From the NCBI GenBank assembly GCA_002787815.1, contig PCUY01000075.1, positions 11,406 through 75,405 on the forward strand: 64,000 nucleotides of DNA, written 5' to 3'. Under the pieces are notes generated by a model. It was given only the letters and a program-made list of their open reading frames with translations, made no database searches and had not been told where the DNA came from. The stretch comes from Bacteroidetes bacterium CG12_big_fil_rev_8_21_14_0_65_60_17. Its GTDB lineage: Bacteria > Bacteroidota > Rhodothermia > Rhodothermales > UBA10348. This document shows positions 17,946 through 30,128 of the stretch, piece by piece (position 1 is the first letter of the stretch; the number at the start of each line of letters is the position of its first letter). The translations under genes were made by a program, and so were the position numbers.

Positions 17946-20791
17946 GAGAGAAGGGGCATCAGGTAGTGGCCCGTGTGGCTCTCCTCTGACCGAGCAATTT
18001 CTTCCGGCGTACCCTCGGCCACCAGGAAGCCGCCGCGCACACCGCCCTCGGGTCCCAGGTCGATCACGTGATCGGCACACTTGATCACATCCAGGTTGTG
18101 CTCCACGACAAGGACCGAGTGCCCTTCGTCGACAAGCGCCTGGAAGGCCTGGAGCAGTACGCGGATATCATCCATGTGGAGACCGGTTGTAGGTTCGTCG
18201 AAAATGTACAACACCCTATCCCGGGTACTGCGCCGCATGTGGGTCGCCAGCTTGACCCGCTGCGCCTCCCCGCCGGAGAGTGTGTTGGCGGGCTGCCCCA
18301 GGCTCAGGTAGCCGAGGCCTACATCGCACAGTACCTGCAGCTTGCCCGCCACCGGCACCTCGTCCACGAAGAACGTGACCGCTTCCTCGATACTCATCTC
18401 GAGCACATCGGCAATGCTTTTTCCACGGTAATGAACTTCCAGGATGTCCTGTTTATAACGCTTTCCCTTGCAGGCCTCACACTCCAGGTAGAGGTCGGCC
18501 AGGAACTGCATTTCAATCTTCACGACGCCCTCCCCCTGGCAGGTTTCGCAGCGCCCACCCGGGACATTGAAGGAAAAGTAGCCGGGTTTGTAGCCACGGA
18601 TCCGGGCCTGGTAGGTATCGGCGAAGAGCTGACGGATGCCGTCAAATGCCTTGACATAGGTTGCCGGGTTCGAGCGCGGGGAGCGCCCAATGGGCGACTG
18701 GTCAATCATTTCGACATGATCAATGAGCTGATGGCCACGCAGGGCACTGTGCCGTCCGGGCCGCTCATCATCGGCGAGTGTGCCTTTGAGCCGGGCCAGT
18801 GCCCGGTAAAGCGTATCGTTGATGAGCGTGGATTTTCCAGATCCCGATACGCCCGTCACACAGACCACCATTCCGAGCGGGATACGCACGTCGATCCGTT
18901 TGAGGTTGTGCGCGCCGGCACCTTCAATCACAATTTCATCGCCCTCACGGCGGGGCCGCCGCTCGGCCGGGACCGGAATGGACTTCCTGCCCGAGAGGTA
19001 GGCGCCCGTGAGCGAATCCGGGTTGTCCATGATGTGTGCCGGTGGGCCCTCTGCCACCAACTGCCCTCCAAAACGGCCGGCACCCGGACCGAGGTCCAGA
19101 ATGTAGTCGGCGCGCCGCATCATGTCGGGGTCATGCTCCACGACGAGAACCGTATTGCCTATGTTTCGCAGGTGCTCCAGAATGCCCACCAGCCGATCGG
19201 TATCGCGCGGGTGCAGCCCTATCGATGGTTCGTCCAGAACGTAGAGGCTTCCGACGAGGGATGAGCCCAGCGACGTGGCCAGGTTGATGCGCTGCGATTC
19301 TCCTCCTGACAGCGTCTGCGAGAGGCGGTCGAGGGAGAGGTAGGTAAGCCCCACATCCACCAGGTATTGCAGTCGCCGCCGGAGTTCGTCGAGTACGCGC
19401 CCGGCTACCGCCGCCTGGTGCTCACTGAGCGTCAGCTCCTCAAAGAACGCGTGGGCGTCCGAGATGGTCAGTTCACAGACCTGACCTAAGTGCATACCGC
19501 CGACGCGGACGTACAGGGCATCGGCCCGGAGGCGATATCCCCGGCAGTCCGGGCACGGAGAATACCCCCGGAATCGGGCATGGTAAATGCGGTAATGCAT
19601 TTTGTATTTGCGCGACTCCAGGTAGTCGAAGAAGCCGTTTATTCCGATGTAGTCGGCTTTTCCCTCCCAGATCAGATCGCGGTGATTCCCGTCCAGTTCC
19701 GAGTATGGCACGTCGATGGGAATGCGCTCGTCCGCCGCCACGCGGATCAGGGCGCGGAAATGCTGGCTCCAGGCATCGGTCCGGAACGGTGCAATGGCCT
19801 GTTGCCGGATGGACAATCCCGGATCGGGAATGACCAGATCGGGATCAATGCCCGTCGTGCGACCGAAACCCTGGCAGCTCGGACAGGCACCGAGCGGCGA
19901 GTTGAAAGAGAACAGGTGAGGCGTTGGCTCCGTGAATCGGATGCCGTCCCGTTCAAAATGCCGGCTGAACACGTGCTCCGTGTGACTTCCGCGCGCCCGC
20001 AGTTGGACGTAGCCTCCACCCTCGGAGAACGCCTGTTCCACGGAGTCTGCCAGACGCGACTCCGCCTCCTCAGCAGCATGTTCCGGCGACACGATGGCCC
20101 GGTCCACCAGCACGCGGATCCGCTCCCGGGCAACACGGAGCCCTTCCGGGGACGATTCATTCAGATCCACCATCTCCTCGACAGCCCCTTTTTCCGCCTG
20201 CTTCTGCGTGGGCAGCACGAGGATGCGGAAAAAGCCCCGCCGCAGCAGGCTTTCCAGCTCCTGGCGCCGGCTGACGCCTTCGTGGTCCGGCAGGGGAAAC
20301 GTGACATAGACACGGGTGCCGGGTTCAAAAATCCGGGCTGCCTCCTGCGCCACCGAACGGGGCGTGTCACGCGTTACCGGTTCGCCTGAGACCGGCGAGA
20401 TCGTTGTGCCCACCCGGGCATACAACAGGCGCAGGTGGTCATGGATTTCCGTCTGGGTGGCGACGGTCGAGCGCGGGTTTCGGGACGTGGTTTTCTGCTC
20501 AATGGCAATGGCCGGCGCGAGACCCGATATCAAATCGGCATCGGGTTTGTCCATGCGTTCCAGAAACTGCCGCGCATATGCGCTCAGCGATTCGACGTAC
20601 CGCCGCTGCCCCTCGGCATAAATGGTGTCAAAGGCCAGGCTCGATTTCCCCGACCCGGATGGCCCTGTCACCACGACCAGGCGCCCCCGCGGAATGTCGA
20701 CACTGACCTCTTTCAGGTTGTGCTGTCGGGCTCCGCGGACGACAATGGTGCCGTGGGTTTTCCGGGGCGTGCTGTCAGTATCGGGGATCAT
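17942..20791 (-). CDS. uvrA: Excinuclease ABC subunit A
   Basis: GARQHNLK, GPSGSGKSSLAFDTIYAEGQRRY, LSGGESQR, GVSGSGKST, SFNVPGGRCETCQG, LSGGEAQRVKLA. Confidence 0.96.
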   Translation of the reverse strand: MIPDTDSTPRKTHGTIVVRGARQHNLKEVSVDIPRGRLVVVTGPSGSGKSSLAFDTIYAEGQRRYVESLSAYARQFLERMDKPDADLISGLAPAIAIEQKTTSRNPRSTVATQTEIHDHLRLLYARVGTTISPVSGEPVTRDTPRSVAQEAARIFEPGTRVYVTFPLPDHEGVSRRQELESLLRRGFFRILVLPTQKQAEKGAVEEMVDLNESSPEGLRVARERIRVLVDRAIVSPEHAAEEAESRLADSVEQAFSEGGGYVQLRARGSHTEHVFSRHFERDGIRFTEPTPHLFSFNSPLGACPSCQGFGRTTGIDPDLVIPDPGLSIRQQAIAPFRTDAWSQHFRALIRVAADERIPIDVPYSELDGNHRDLIWEGKADYIGINGFFDYLESRKYKMHYRIYHARFRGYSPCPDCRGYRLRADALYVRVGGMHLGQVCELTISDAHAFFEELTLSEHQAAVAGRVLDELRRRLQYLVDVGLTYLSLDRLSQTLSGGESQRINLATSLGSSLVGSLYVLDEPSIGLHPRDTDRLVGILEHLRNIGNTVLVVEHDPDMMRRADYILDLGPGAGRFGGQLVAEGPPAHIMDNPDSLTGAYLSGRKSIPVPAERRPRREGDEIVIEGAGAHNLKRIDVRIPLGMVVCVTGVSGSGKSTLINDTLYRALARLKGTLADDERPGRHSALRGHQLIDHVEMIDQSPIGRSPRSNPATYVKAFDGIRQLFADTYQARIRGYKPGYFSFNVPGGRCETCQGEGVVKIEMQFLADLYLECEACKGKRYKQDILEVHYRGKSIADVLEMSIEEAVTFFVDEVPVAGKLQVLCDVGLGYLSLGQPANTLSGGEAQRVKLATHMRRSTRDRVLYIFDEPTTGLHMDDIRVLLQAFQALVDEGHSVLVVEHNLDVIKCADHVIDLGPEGGVRGGFLVAEGTPEEIARSEESHTGHYLMPLLS

Positions 20792-20913
20792 CGGGAGTGG
20801 GGCAGCCTGCAGGGGGAGATCATCTTATGCACAGGGCGGCCTGTCTACGCAGCTACGGGTCCGAAAGTGCCCACGGTCCGGAAACGCCCGCCATTCTTGG
20901 TCGTTCGCCCCGC

Positions 20914-23058
20914 ATGACGTTCCTGAATCCTCTTTTTCTTCTCGGACTGGTGGCAGCGGGCATTCCGCTCGTGATCCACCTGTTCAACTTCAGGCGGCCT
21001 CGTCGCGTGCGTTTCTCAAGCCTGGCCTTCCTGCATGAACTCCAGAAGAGCACCATGCAGCGTGTACGTGTCAAACAGTGGCTGCTCCTGGCGCTGCGCA
21101 CACTGGCCATCGCGGCGCTCGTTCTCTCATTCGCCCGTCCTACGCTCGAGGGGGGCCTTGCCGGTCTCCTGGGTACGGGACGCGCCAGTGTCGCCATCGT
21201 ACTGGATAACTCCATGTCCATGACACTGCGCGATGCCGGCGGCAGCTATATGGAACAGGCGCGCTCCGTGGCGGCCGCGCTCATGGGTGATCTCGATACC
21301 GACGACGAGGTGTTCATTGTGCCGGCGGCGGGTTCGGCTCCGGGCTCCGGCGCGGGGGGAGGAAATCTGCCCCTGCGACCCGGCAGTGAGGCGCTGCATG
21401 CCATCAACGCGGTATCGGTATCGCCCGCGACCCATTCCCTCGCGGCCGCCGTCGAGAAAGCCGCCGCCCTGCTTGCCGAGCGGGACGTCCCCAACCGGGT
21501 TATCTACGTTGTATCCGATCTGCAGGCCTCGGCCTTCGCATCTCCCCGCATCACGGCCGGCAGTGAGAGCCAGATGCCACCCCGGGATGTACCGGCGGTG
21601 CTCGTGCCCGTAGGGGGGCAGGAGCAGCCGAACCTGGCCGTCTCAAGCGTCGAGGTGCTGAGCCGGATTGTGGCGCCGGGAGAACCACTGCGGATCCGGG
21701 CCACGCTCACGAACTACGGAGCATCTCCGCAGACCGGCGTGCTGGCGAGTGCATTCCTCGGGGAGGTGCGCGTGGCGCAGCAGTCGGTGGACGTTCCGCC
21801 GGGTGGATCGGCCCATGTAGACATGTCGCTCACGCCGCAGGATACAGGTTTTCTGCGGGGGAGGGTTGAAATTGACGATGGCCTCTACGAGCCTGACAAT
21901 ATCCGTCCGTTCTCGGTGCTCGTGCCCGAGGTGCGGCGCGTCCTGCTCGTGGGGAGCAGAAAACAGTATCTGGAACTGGCGCTGTCCAGGGAGCTGTCGG
22001 GCGGCGGATTCCGCTTTGACGTTGACACGATAGCGGAAGATCAACTCGCCGTGACACCGCTCGGGCCGTACAATGCCGTGGTGCTCTCCGGCGTAACCGA
22101 CATTTCGGCAGCCGAGCGCGACGCACTGGGCCGCTACGTCCGCAACGGCGGCGGTGTGGTTGTTTTTCCGGGAGATGCAGCGCGTACAGACGACTGGAAC
22201 GCCCTGCTCGCGGTATGGGATGCCGGCCGCATCGATGCTCCCGTGGGCGCGGTCGACAACGTGTCGGCAGCCACGTTCGACCGGGTATTCTCGGAGCATG
22301 TCCTGTTTGAGGGGCTTTTCGTGTCGGCCCAAGACGGAGAAGAGGTTCACCTGGAGCAGCCCGTCATTTTCCGGTACGTTCCGTACCGGCCGGGTTCGGC
22401 CTCCGAGCAGACGGTCATTTCACTGAGCGCGGGCACACCCTTCCTGCAGGAAATCAGGCATGGACAGGGAATTGTGCTCTTCTATGCCGTGGAGGCGGAT
22501 GTGCGGTGGAGTGATTTTCCGGTCCGCGGATTGTTTCTGCCGTTGATTTACCGCTCGCTCTACCATGTCTCCTCGACGGGTACGGTGATGGGGTCAAGTC
22601 TTGTCTCCGGTGGCAGATTGCAACTGCGCCTCGGGAATGTCGAAGGAAACGACCAGGTCGTGCTCAGGGGTGAAATGGGCGAGGAGCAGATCCCGCCCCA
22701 GCGCATGCTTCCAGGCGCGGTACTTCTGGACATCGATGGATCGCTGGTCACGCCGGGCATCCATGACGTGGTGCAGTCGGGCAGGGTCCTGAGGCAGGTG
22801 GTGGTGGAGCCCGATCCGGCGGAATCGGACCTGGCCGCGCTGGAGCCGGCTGCGGCGCGGGACCGTCTGGAGGAAATTACGCAGCCGGTATCCGTGCTTG
22901 ATCTGGCCACCGGTACGGCAGAAGCCCTGGCCGAGGGTGTTCGCGAGGCCCGCGCAGGTCTTGAGTTGTGGAACGTCTTTTTGGGCCTCGCGTTGCTTTT
23001 CCTGTTGGCGGAGATGGTTGTTGCATCCCAGTGGCGACCAGAAACCACGCCCTCTTGA
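20914..23058 (+). CDS. BatA/N-terminal double-TM domain + VWA + CARDB-like + glutamine amidotransferase-like membrane protein
   Basis: MTFLNPLFLLGL..AGIPLVIHL, FSSL.FL, LLLALRTL, VLDNSMSM (MIDAS-like), NLAV, ESDL, C-terminal TM ELWNVFLGLALLFLLAE. Confidence 0.85.
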   Translation: MTFLNPLFLLGLVAAGIPLVIHLFNFRRPRRVRFSSLAFLHELQKSTMQRVRVKQWLLLALRTLAIAALVLSFARPTLEGGLAGLLGTGRASVAIVLDNSMSMTLRDAGGSYMEQARSVAAALMGDLDTDDEVFIVPAAGSAPGSGAGGGNLPLRPGSEALHAINAVSVSPATHSLAAAVEKAAALLAERDVPNRVIYVVSDLQASAFASPRITAGSESQMPPRDVPAVLVPVGGQEQPNLAVSSVEVLSRIVAPGEPLRIRATLTNYGASPQTGVLASAFLGEVRVAQQSVDVPPGGSAHVDMSLTPQDTGFLRGRVEIDDGLYEPDNIRPFSVLVPEVRRVLLVGSRKQYLELALSRELSGGGFRFDVDTIAEDQLAVTPLGPYNAVVLSGVTDISAAERDALGRYVRNGGGVVVFPGDAARTDDWNALLAVWDAGRIDAPVGAVDNVSAATFDRVFSEHVLFEGLFVSAQDGEEVHLEQPVIFRYVPYRPGSASEQTVISLSAGTPFLQEIRHGQGIVLFYAVEADVRWSDFPVRGLFLPLIYRSLYHVSSTGTVMGSSLVSGGRLQLRLGNVEGNDQVVLRGEMGEEQIPPQRMLPGAVLLDIDGSLVTPGIHDVVQSGRVLRQVVVEPDPAESDLAALEPAAARDRLEEITQPVSVLDLATGTAEALAEGVREARAGLELWNVFLGLALLFLLAEMVVASQWRPETTPS

Positions 23059-23089
23059 TCCGGATCTGCAACCAGGTCCCAACTTCATC

Positions 23090-23653
23090 ATGATGTCAAC
23101 CATACATTCGGTCCTGGTCCTCGCCTTTCTTGGCGTTACGGCACTGCTTCTGGTCATCACGGTTATGCAGCGACTGCGTATCCGGGGTGTCCGGATGGAG
23201 TGGCGCGGACATCTGCCGCTTGGTTTCCCGCTGTGGCCGACTGTTTTCATGGGTTTTGTGGCACTGTTCATGGTGTTTGCCAACAATGCCTATCCGGAGA
23301 TCGGTTTTTCCGTCTATCTGGGCTATCTGACGGGTGGTCTCCTGTGGTTTTCTGCCATGGTAATGGCCAGGGGCGTCGTGGTCACCGAGTATGGAATTGT
23401 CCCGGGGACGGGGCGACCCGGAGATGCCGTGGCGTGGAGCCAGATCAATGACTGGTTCGAGGTCCGGGATGCGCGCCGTACCACCTTTGTTTTCATCTAC
23501 AACCGGTACGACAACGAGCGACGGCGACTGGACCTGGCGGTCCCCCGTATGCACGAGGACCGATTCCGACACATCCTGGCGCAGAAAATCGGTGACTGTG
23601 CCACACTGCCCCTTCCCACGCCCGCCGAGCGAAAGGCCATGGAAGGCCACTGA
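23090..23653 (+). CDS. Hypothetical membrane protein (3 TM + possible bacterial PH-like domain)
   Basis: Three hydrophobic segments followed by GVVVTEYGIV...VAWSQINDW. Confidence 0.65.
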   Translation: MMSTIHSVLVLAFLGVTALLLVITVMQRLRIRGVRMEWRGHLPLGFPLWPTVFMGFVALFMVFANNAYPEIGFSVYLGYLTGGLLWFSAMVMARGVVVTEYGIVPGTGRPGDAVAWSQINDWFEVRDARRTTFVFIYNRYDNERRRLDLAVPRMHEDRFRHILAQKIGDCATLPLPTPAERKAMEGH

Positions 23654-23674
23654 TCCCAATGGAAGGCTGACTGC

Positions 23675-25072
23675 TTGTACGAAATCCAGACTGACCGGCG
23701 GGAACGCGCCATACTCGTAGGTGTGCTGACACCCGGTGACACGCGTTTCGATGCCGATGACTCCCTGAACGAACTCGAACTGCTGGCCGACACGGCTGGT
23801 GCCGACGTGACGGATCGTGTCACGCAGCGCGTGGCCGCGGCCCATCCGGCGACCTATATCGGCAAAGGAAAGGTGGACGAGGTCCGGGCCATGGTCGCCG
23901 AGCGAAAGACGGACCTCGTCATTTTCGACGACGATCTGTCGGCCATCCAGCTCCGCAATCTGGAGCGCACACTCGAATGCAAACTGGTCGACCGCTCGGC
24001 GCTCATCCTGGATATCTTTGCGCGCAACGCGCGGACGGCAACGGCCAAAACGCAGGTCGAGCTGGCCCAGCTCGAATACCTGAGCACGCGGCTCACTCGC
24101 CAGTGGACCCATCTTTCCAGGCAGAAGGGTGGCATTGGAACCAAAGGACCCGGTGAAACACAGATCGAGACAGACCGCCGCCTTATCGGGCAGCGCATTT
24201 CGACGCTGAAAGACCGGCTCGACAAGATTGACCGCCAACGGACGACCCAGCGACAAGGTCGCGAGGAGTTTACCCGGGTCTCGCTTGTGGGGTACACGAA
24301 TGCGGGCAAATCCACGCTCATGAATGCGCTGGCCTGCGATGCGGAGGTTCTTGCGGAGAACCGCCTGTTTGCGACACTCGATGCAACCACGCGGACCGTC
24401 CAACTGACCACCAACAAGACCATCCTGCTTTCCGACACGGTCGGATTCATCCGGAAACTGCCGCACCGTTTGATTGAGAGCTTCAAGAGCACGCTCGACG
24501 AAGTACGCGAGGCGGACGCACTCATGCATGTAATCGATGCCACGCATCCAGGGTTCAGGGATCACATGCGTGTCGTCAACGAAACACTGGCCGAGCTTGA
24601 CGCCGACACGACACCGCAGCTTTTCGTCTTCAACAAGGTCGATGCGCTCCAGGATCTTGATGTGCTGTCGGAGCTCACCCGTGAGTTTCCGGATGGCGCA
24701 TTCGTGTCCGCGCGTCGGGGCATGGGGCTCGTCGAACTGGCAGACAAGTTGATAGGTGTGATAGAAGAGGATTTCGAGGACCGTGTGGTACTGCTGCCCG
24801 TCTCCGACCAGTCCGCCATTTCACACATCCACCGGATTGCGGATGTCAAGGATGAAGCCTGGCTGTATGCATCCCGCCCCTGGGAGGACGAAGTGATTGC
24901 CGTTGCGAGGTTGCATTTCCGCGTAGCCCCCCGCCATGTCGATGATCTTGATGATCTGGTAACGAAGTACCAGGATCTGCAGGTGGTTGAGGGTGTGACC
25001 GGTGGGGCGCCTGCAGGAAAAGACGGAAATCCAGTGGAAAGAGGTGGACGTACAGCGGAAAAAAGTGCCTGA
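23675..25072 (+). CDS. hflX: GTPase HflX
   Basis: GIGTKGPGETQIETDRR, GYTNAGKST, LFATLD, DTVGFI, NKVD; TTG start. Confidence 0.96.
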   Translation: MYEIQTDRRERAILVGVLTPGDTRFDADDSLNELELLADTAGADVTDRVTQRVAAAHPATYIGKGKVDEVRAMVAERKTDLVIFDDDLSAIQLRNLERTLECKLVDRSALILDIFARNARTATAKTQVELAQLEYLSTRLTRQWTHLSRQKGGIGTKGPGETQIETDRRLIGQRISTLKDRLDKIDRQRTTQRQGREEFTRVSLVGYTNAGKSTLMNALACDAEVLAENRLFATLDATTRTVQLTTNKTILLSDTVGFIRKLPHRLIESFKSTLDEVREADALMHVIDATHPGFRDHMRVVNETLAELDADTTPQLFVFNKVDALQDLDVLSELTREFPDGAFVSARRGMGLVELADKLIGVIEEDFEDRVVLLPVSDQSAISHIHRIADVKDEAWLYASRPWEDEVIAVARLHFRVAPRHVDDLDDLVTKYQDLQVVEGVTGGAPAGKDGNPVERGGRTAEKSA

Positions 25073-25089
25073 TGAACGGGTATCTTGCC

Positions 25090-25115
25090 AATTCAAACCG
25101 TGAATGGTTTGAATT
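25090..25115. promoter_or_regulatory. AT-rich palindrome, candidate transcription-factor operator upstream of the CBS gene
   Basis: aattcaaacc-gtgaat-ggtttgaatt, perfect 10-bp arms, no U-tract. Confidence 0.5.
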
Positions 25116-25175
25116 CGGGCCTCACCTGCAGAAACGGCACAGCGTTTGCCCTGTCAAAGATGTAGATTACCGGTC

Positions 25176-25835
25176 ATGTCTGTGGACGTACTCATAACAC
25201 ACGAAACCCCGCCACTGAGGCCATCGGACCGCGTTGAATACGCACTCGGTCTGATGATGGAAATGCGTGTCCGCCATTTGCCCGTGGTGGACCGGGAAGG
25301 AGGCCTCGCGGGAATCATCTCGGAAGATGACCTGCTCGGATCTACCGGCCCCGATTTTCTTGTGGAATCGCGTCTGCAGGCCCATCCGGTGCACGTCGCC
25401 CCCTCGGACCACGTTTTCGAGGTCACACGCGTCATCATGAACCATGGGCTTACCATGGTTCCCGTTACGGGCCGGGATGGGCGGTATGTCGGGCTCATCA
25501 AGCGTCATGATCTGTTCGAGCGCTTCGCCGCCATGCTCGGCACGCAATCCTCTGGTGCCATACTGGCGTTGGAGGAGGACAAACGCGATGCGGCGCTGTC
25601 CAGAATTGTATACCTGATTGAGCAGAACGACGTGCGTGTGCTCTCCCTTGCCACAGAGGAAATGCCGGACGATCATATCGGTATCACACTCAAGCTGAAC
25701 GTGCGCGATGCAACACGGGTGCGCCATATCCTGGAGCACAATGGATACCACGTCGTGGCCGCCTTCGGGGAGGATGAGGATTCGGACAGCCTCATGGACC
25801 GGGTCCAGGAATTCATGCGCTATCTGGAAGTCTGA
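25176..25835 (+). CDS. CBS-pair + ACT domain protein (AcuB-like)
   Basis: RHLPVVD..G.LAGIISEDDL; second CBS PVTG.DGRYVGLIKRHDL; C-terminal ACT-like LIEQNDVRVLS...ITLKLN. Confidence 0.85.
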   Translation: MSVDVLITHETPPLRPSDRVEYALGLMMEMRVRHLPVVDREGGLAGIISEDDLLGSTGPDFLVESRLQAHPVHVAPSDHVFEVTRVIMNHGLTMVPVTGRDGRYVGLIKRHDLFERFAAMLGTQSSGAILALEEDKRDAALSRIVYLIEQNDVRVLSLATEEMPDDHIGITLKLNVRDATRVRHILEHNGYHVVAAFGEDEDSDSLMDRVQEFMRYLEV

Positions 25836-25904
25836 GACACCTCCCGGCTGGTACGATGGAAGCATGATGTTGGGGCCGGAATTGCGTATATTGTCCGGAT
25901 ATAG

Positions 25905-27887
<1,983 letters not shown>

Positions 27888-27891
27888 GCGC

Positions 27892-28869
27892 ATGGATGCC
27901 GGCGCCAAACAGCTCGATTTGTCCATCGTGATTCCCGTGCTCGATGAGGAGGCGTCGATTCCCGAGCTTGCAGACCGTATTCGTGGTGTCTGTGACGGCG
28001 CCGGATTCTCGTTTGAAGTCCTGTTTGTGGATGACGGATCGACGGACGATTCATGGGACGTGATCTCGGCCATGCACGAGCGCGATGAGCGCTTTCTGGG
28101 CATCCGCTTTCGTCGCAACTACGGCAAGTCGGCGGCACTGGCCGTCGGGTTCGAGCGTGCAACGGGCGCCTATGTGATTACGATGGATGCGGACCTCCAG
28201 GATGACCCGGCCGAAATACCGGGTCTGGTGACGCTTCTTGAAAGCGGATATGACCTGGTTTCAGGGTGGAAGCGCCGCCGGCACGATCCGCTCTCGAAGA
28301 CCATGCCGAGTCTGTTTTTCAATTTTGTGACGCGTCGTCTGTCGGGTATTGGACTGCATGACTTCAACTGTGGACTGAAAGCCTACCGGTTGGAGGTGGT
28401 CAAATCGGTCCGCCTCTACGGAGAGTTGCACCGGTACGTCCCGCTGCTGGCAAGTTGGGAAGGGTATACCCGGATTGGCGAGAAGGTCGTCGAGCATCAT
28501 CCGCGAAAGTACGGCGAGACAAAGTTCGGGCTCGAACGATTCATAAAGGGTTTTCTGGATCTGCTCACGGTCCACTTCCTGACGCGATTCACGGCGCGCC
28601 CGATGCATTTTTTCGGGACGCTCGGAACGCTGGCATTCATGGGGGGCTTCGTGATCAGCCTGTGGATATCGATCGACAAATTATGGTATGGCAATCCGAT
28701 CGGGGATCGGCCGCTGCTGCTCCTGGGTGCGTTGTTGATCCTGGTAGGTGTACAAATGTTCACCGTCGGTCTGGTTGGTGAAATGGTGGTTGTACCGCGC
28801 ATGCAGCGGACAGCCTCGTATGGAATAGCCGAGGAAACAAAGGCAGCGGAGCGTGCCGAAAGCCCGTGA
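27892..28869 (+). CDS. GT2 polyprenyl-phosphate glycosyltransferase (ArnC/DPM1-like) with two C-terminal TM helices
   Basis: SIVIPVLDEE, FVDDGSTD, RNYGKSAAL, MDADLQDDP, DFNCGLKAY. Confidence 0.92.
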   Translation: MDAGAKQLDLSIVIPVLDEEASIPELADRIRGVCDGAGFSFEVLFVDDGSTDDSWDVISAMHERDERFLGIRFRRNYGKSAALAVGFERATGAYVITMDADLQDDPAEIPGLVTLLESGYDLVSGWKRRRHDPLSKTMPSLFFNFVTRRLSGIGLHDFNCGLKAYRLEVVKSVRLYGELHRYVPLLASWEGYTRIGEKVVEHHPRKYGETKFGLERFIKGFLDLLTVHFLTRFTARPMHFFGTLGTLAFMGGFVISLWISIDKLWYGNPIGDRPLLLLGALLILVGVQMFTVGLVGEMVVVPRMQRTASYGIAEETKAAERAESP

Positions 28870-30128
28870 CGCATCCCGACCAGAGCGCTCGGCGACTGGC
28901 CGTTGTTGGACCGTATCCTCCCTACCGGGGTGGAATTGCACAGTTCACGGCGGCGCTTCATTCGGCGCTCGAAGCGGAAGGACATACCGTGACGGGGATA
29001 TCCTTCTCGCGCCAGTATCCGGGCTGGCTGTTCCCGGGCAGGAGCCAGGAAGTCCCTACAGGAGCGGAGGCGGCCGCCCCCGATGCCCGGCGCCTGCTCG
29101 ATTCGCTGCGCCCGTGGACCGGCATTCGGGCCGCGCGGGCGGCCGCCTCGAGCGGTGCAACAGAACTGATATTCATGGTCTGGATGCCATTTTTTGCACC
29201 GCTTTACCTGCTGGCCGCCCGCGCGGCCCGAAACCGGGGCATGACAACTACCGCAATAGTCCATAACGCCCTTCCTCACGAAAAGCAGCCGCTGGCCCGG
29301 CCCCTGATGCGCGCCCTGCTCCGCCGGATGGATCGCATCATCACGTTGACACAGAGCGAGGCGGCGCGCTGCGGCCGGCTCGCAGGGCGGGACGCGGACT
29401 CCATCACCGTGTCGCCGCATCCGGTGTATGACCATTTCGGCGCGGCCATGGAGCCGGCCGCAGCGCGCCGCATACTCTCATGGCCGCCCGAAGGTGCCTG
29501 CGGGCTGCTCTTCTTCGGACTCATTCGGCGCTACAAGGGACTGGATCTGCTCCTGCGGGCATTGGGCGCGCTGTATCGTCGCAGCCCGGGTGCCCCGGAC
29601 TTCAGCCTGATGATAGCCGGCGAGTTCTATGAGAAAGAGCGCATGTACAGGGATCTTGTGGTCCGTGAAGGACTGTCGGACAAGGTGGAAATATGTGCAC
29701 AGTATATTCCGGATGGGGAGGTCGCTGCGCTGTTCTCGGCGGCTGATCTGGTGGTTCAGCCCTACAGGAAGGCGACGCAGAGCGGTGTCGTGCAGACGGC
29801 ATTCCATTTTGGCTGTCCCGTGGTCGTATCCGATGCGGGCGGACTTGCAGACATGGTGCGTGACGGTGAGGATGGCATGGTGGTCAGGTGGCGCGGCGAG
29901 AGTGAGCGCGGCGAGAGTGAGTGCGGCGAGGAGGATGAAACCGTATTCGTGGGCGCGCTTTCATATGCCCTTGAAAAAGCGCTTGAGCCCGAAACGCTCG
30001 ACCGCCTCACCCGTGGCGCCGTCGCAGCGCGTGGCCGTGCCACGTGGCCCGGATTCGCACGTCTATTCGCCCAGTCCGGAATATCCATGAACCCCTCCCG
30101 GTCACAGCCATGCAATATGACCCGATAA
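28866..30128 (+). CDS. Glycosyltransferase family 4
   Basis: GPYPPYRGGIA, VHNALPHE, FFGLIRRYKGLDLL, PYRKATQSGV. Confidence 0.9.
   Translation: MTHPDQSARRLAVVGPYPPYRGGIAQFTAALHSALEAEGHTVTGISFSRQYPGWLFPGRSQEVPTGAEAAAPDARRLLDSLRPWTGIRAARAAASSGATELIFMVWMPFFAPLYLLAARAARNRGMTTTAIVHNALPHEKQPLARPLMRALLRRMDRIITLTQSEAARCGRLAGRDADSITVSPHPVYDHFGAAMEPAAARRILSWPPEGACGLLFFGLIRRYKGLDLLLRALGALYRRSPGAPDFSLMIAGEFYEKERMYRDLVVREGLSDKVEICAQYIPDGEVAALFSAADLVVQPYRKATQSGVVQTAFHFGCPVVVSDAGGLADMVRDGEDGMVVRWRGESERGESECGEEDETVFVGALSYALEKALEPETLDRLTRGAVAARGRATWPGFARLFAQSGISMNPSRSQPCNMTR
29892..29930 (+). repeat. In-frame 15-nt tandem repeat (RGESE x2 + partial)
   Basis: cgcggcgagagtgag cgcggcgagagtgag tgcggcgag. Confidence 0.8.

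Noticed and set aside
20825-20833. Single TTATGCACA DnaA-like box upstream of uvrA
   Set aside because: An isolated 9-mer with no partner site; could occur by chance.
20792-20913. Search for GTGT-N8-ACAC upstream of uvrA (and of recF)
   Set aside because: No match seen by eye, so these genes cannot be claimed as members of the putative LexA regulon.
23096-24565. Long antisense ORFs (this one; also 30648-32252, 38862-40322, 46096-47505, 47541-49016, 57729-59675 and others)
   Set aside because: Shadow frames opposite well-conserved genes, expected from codon bias in high-GC DNA; no recognisable motifs.
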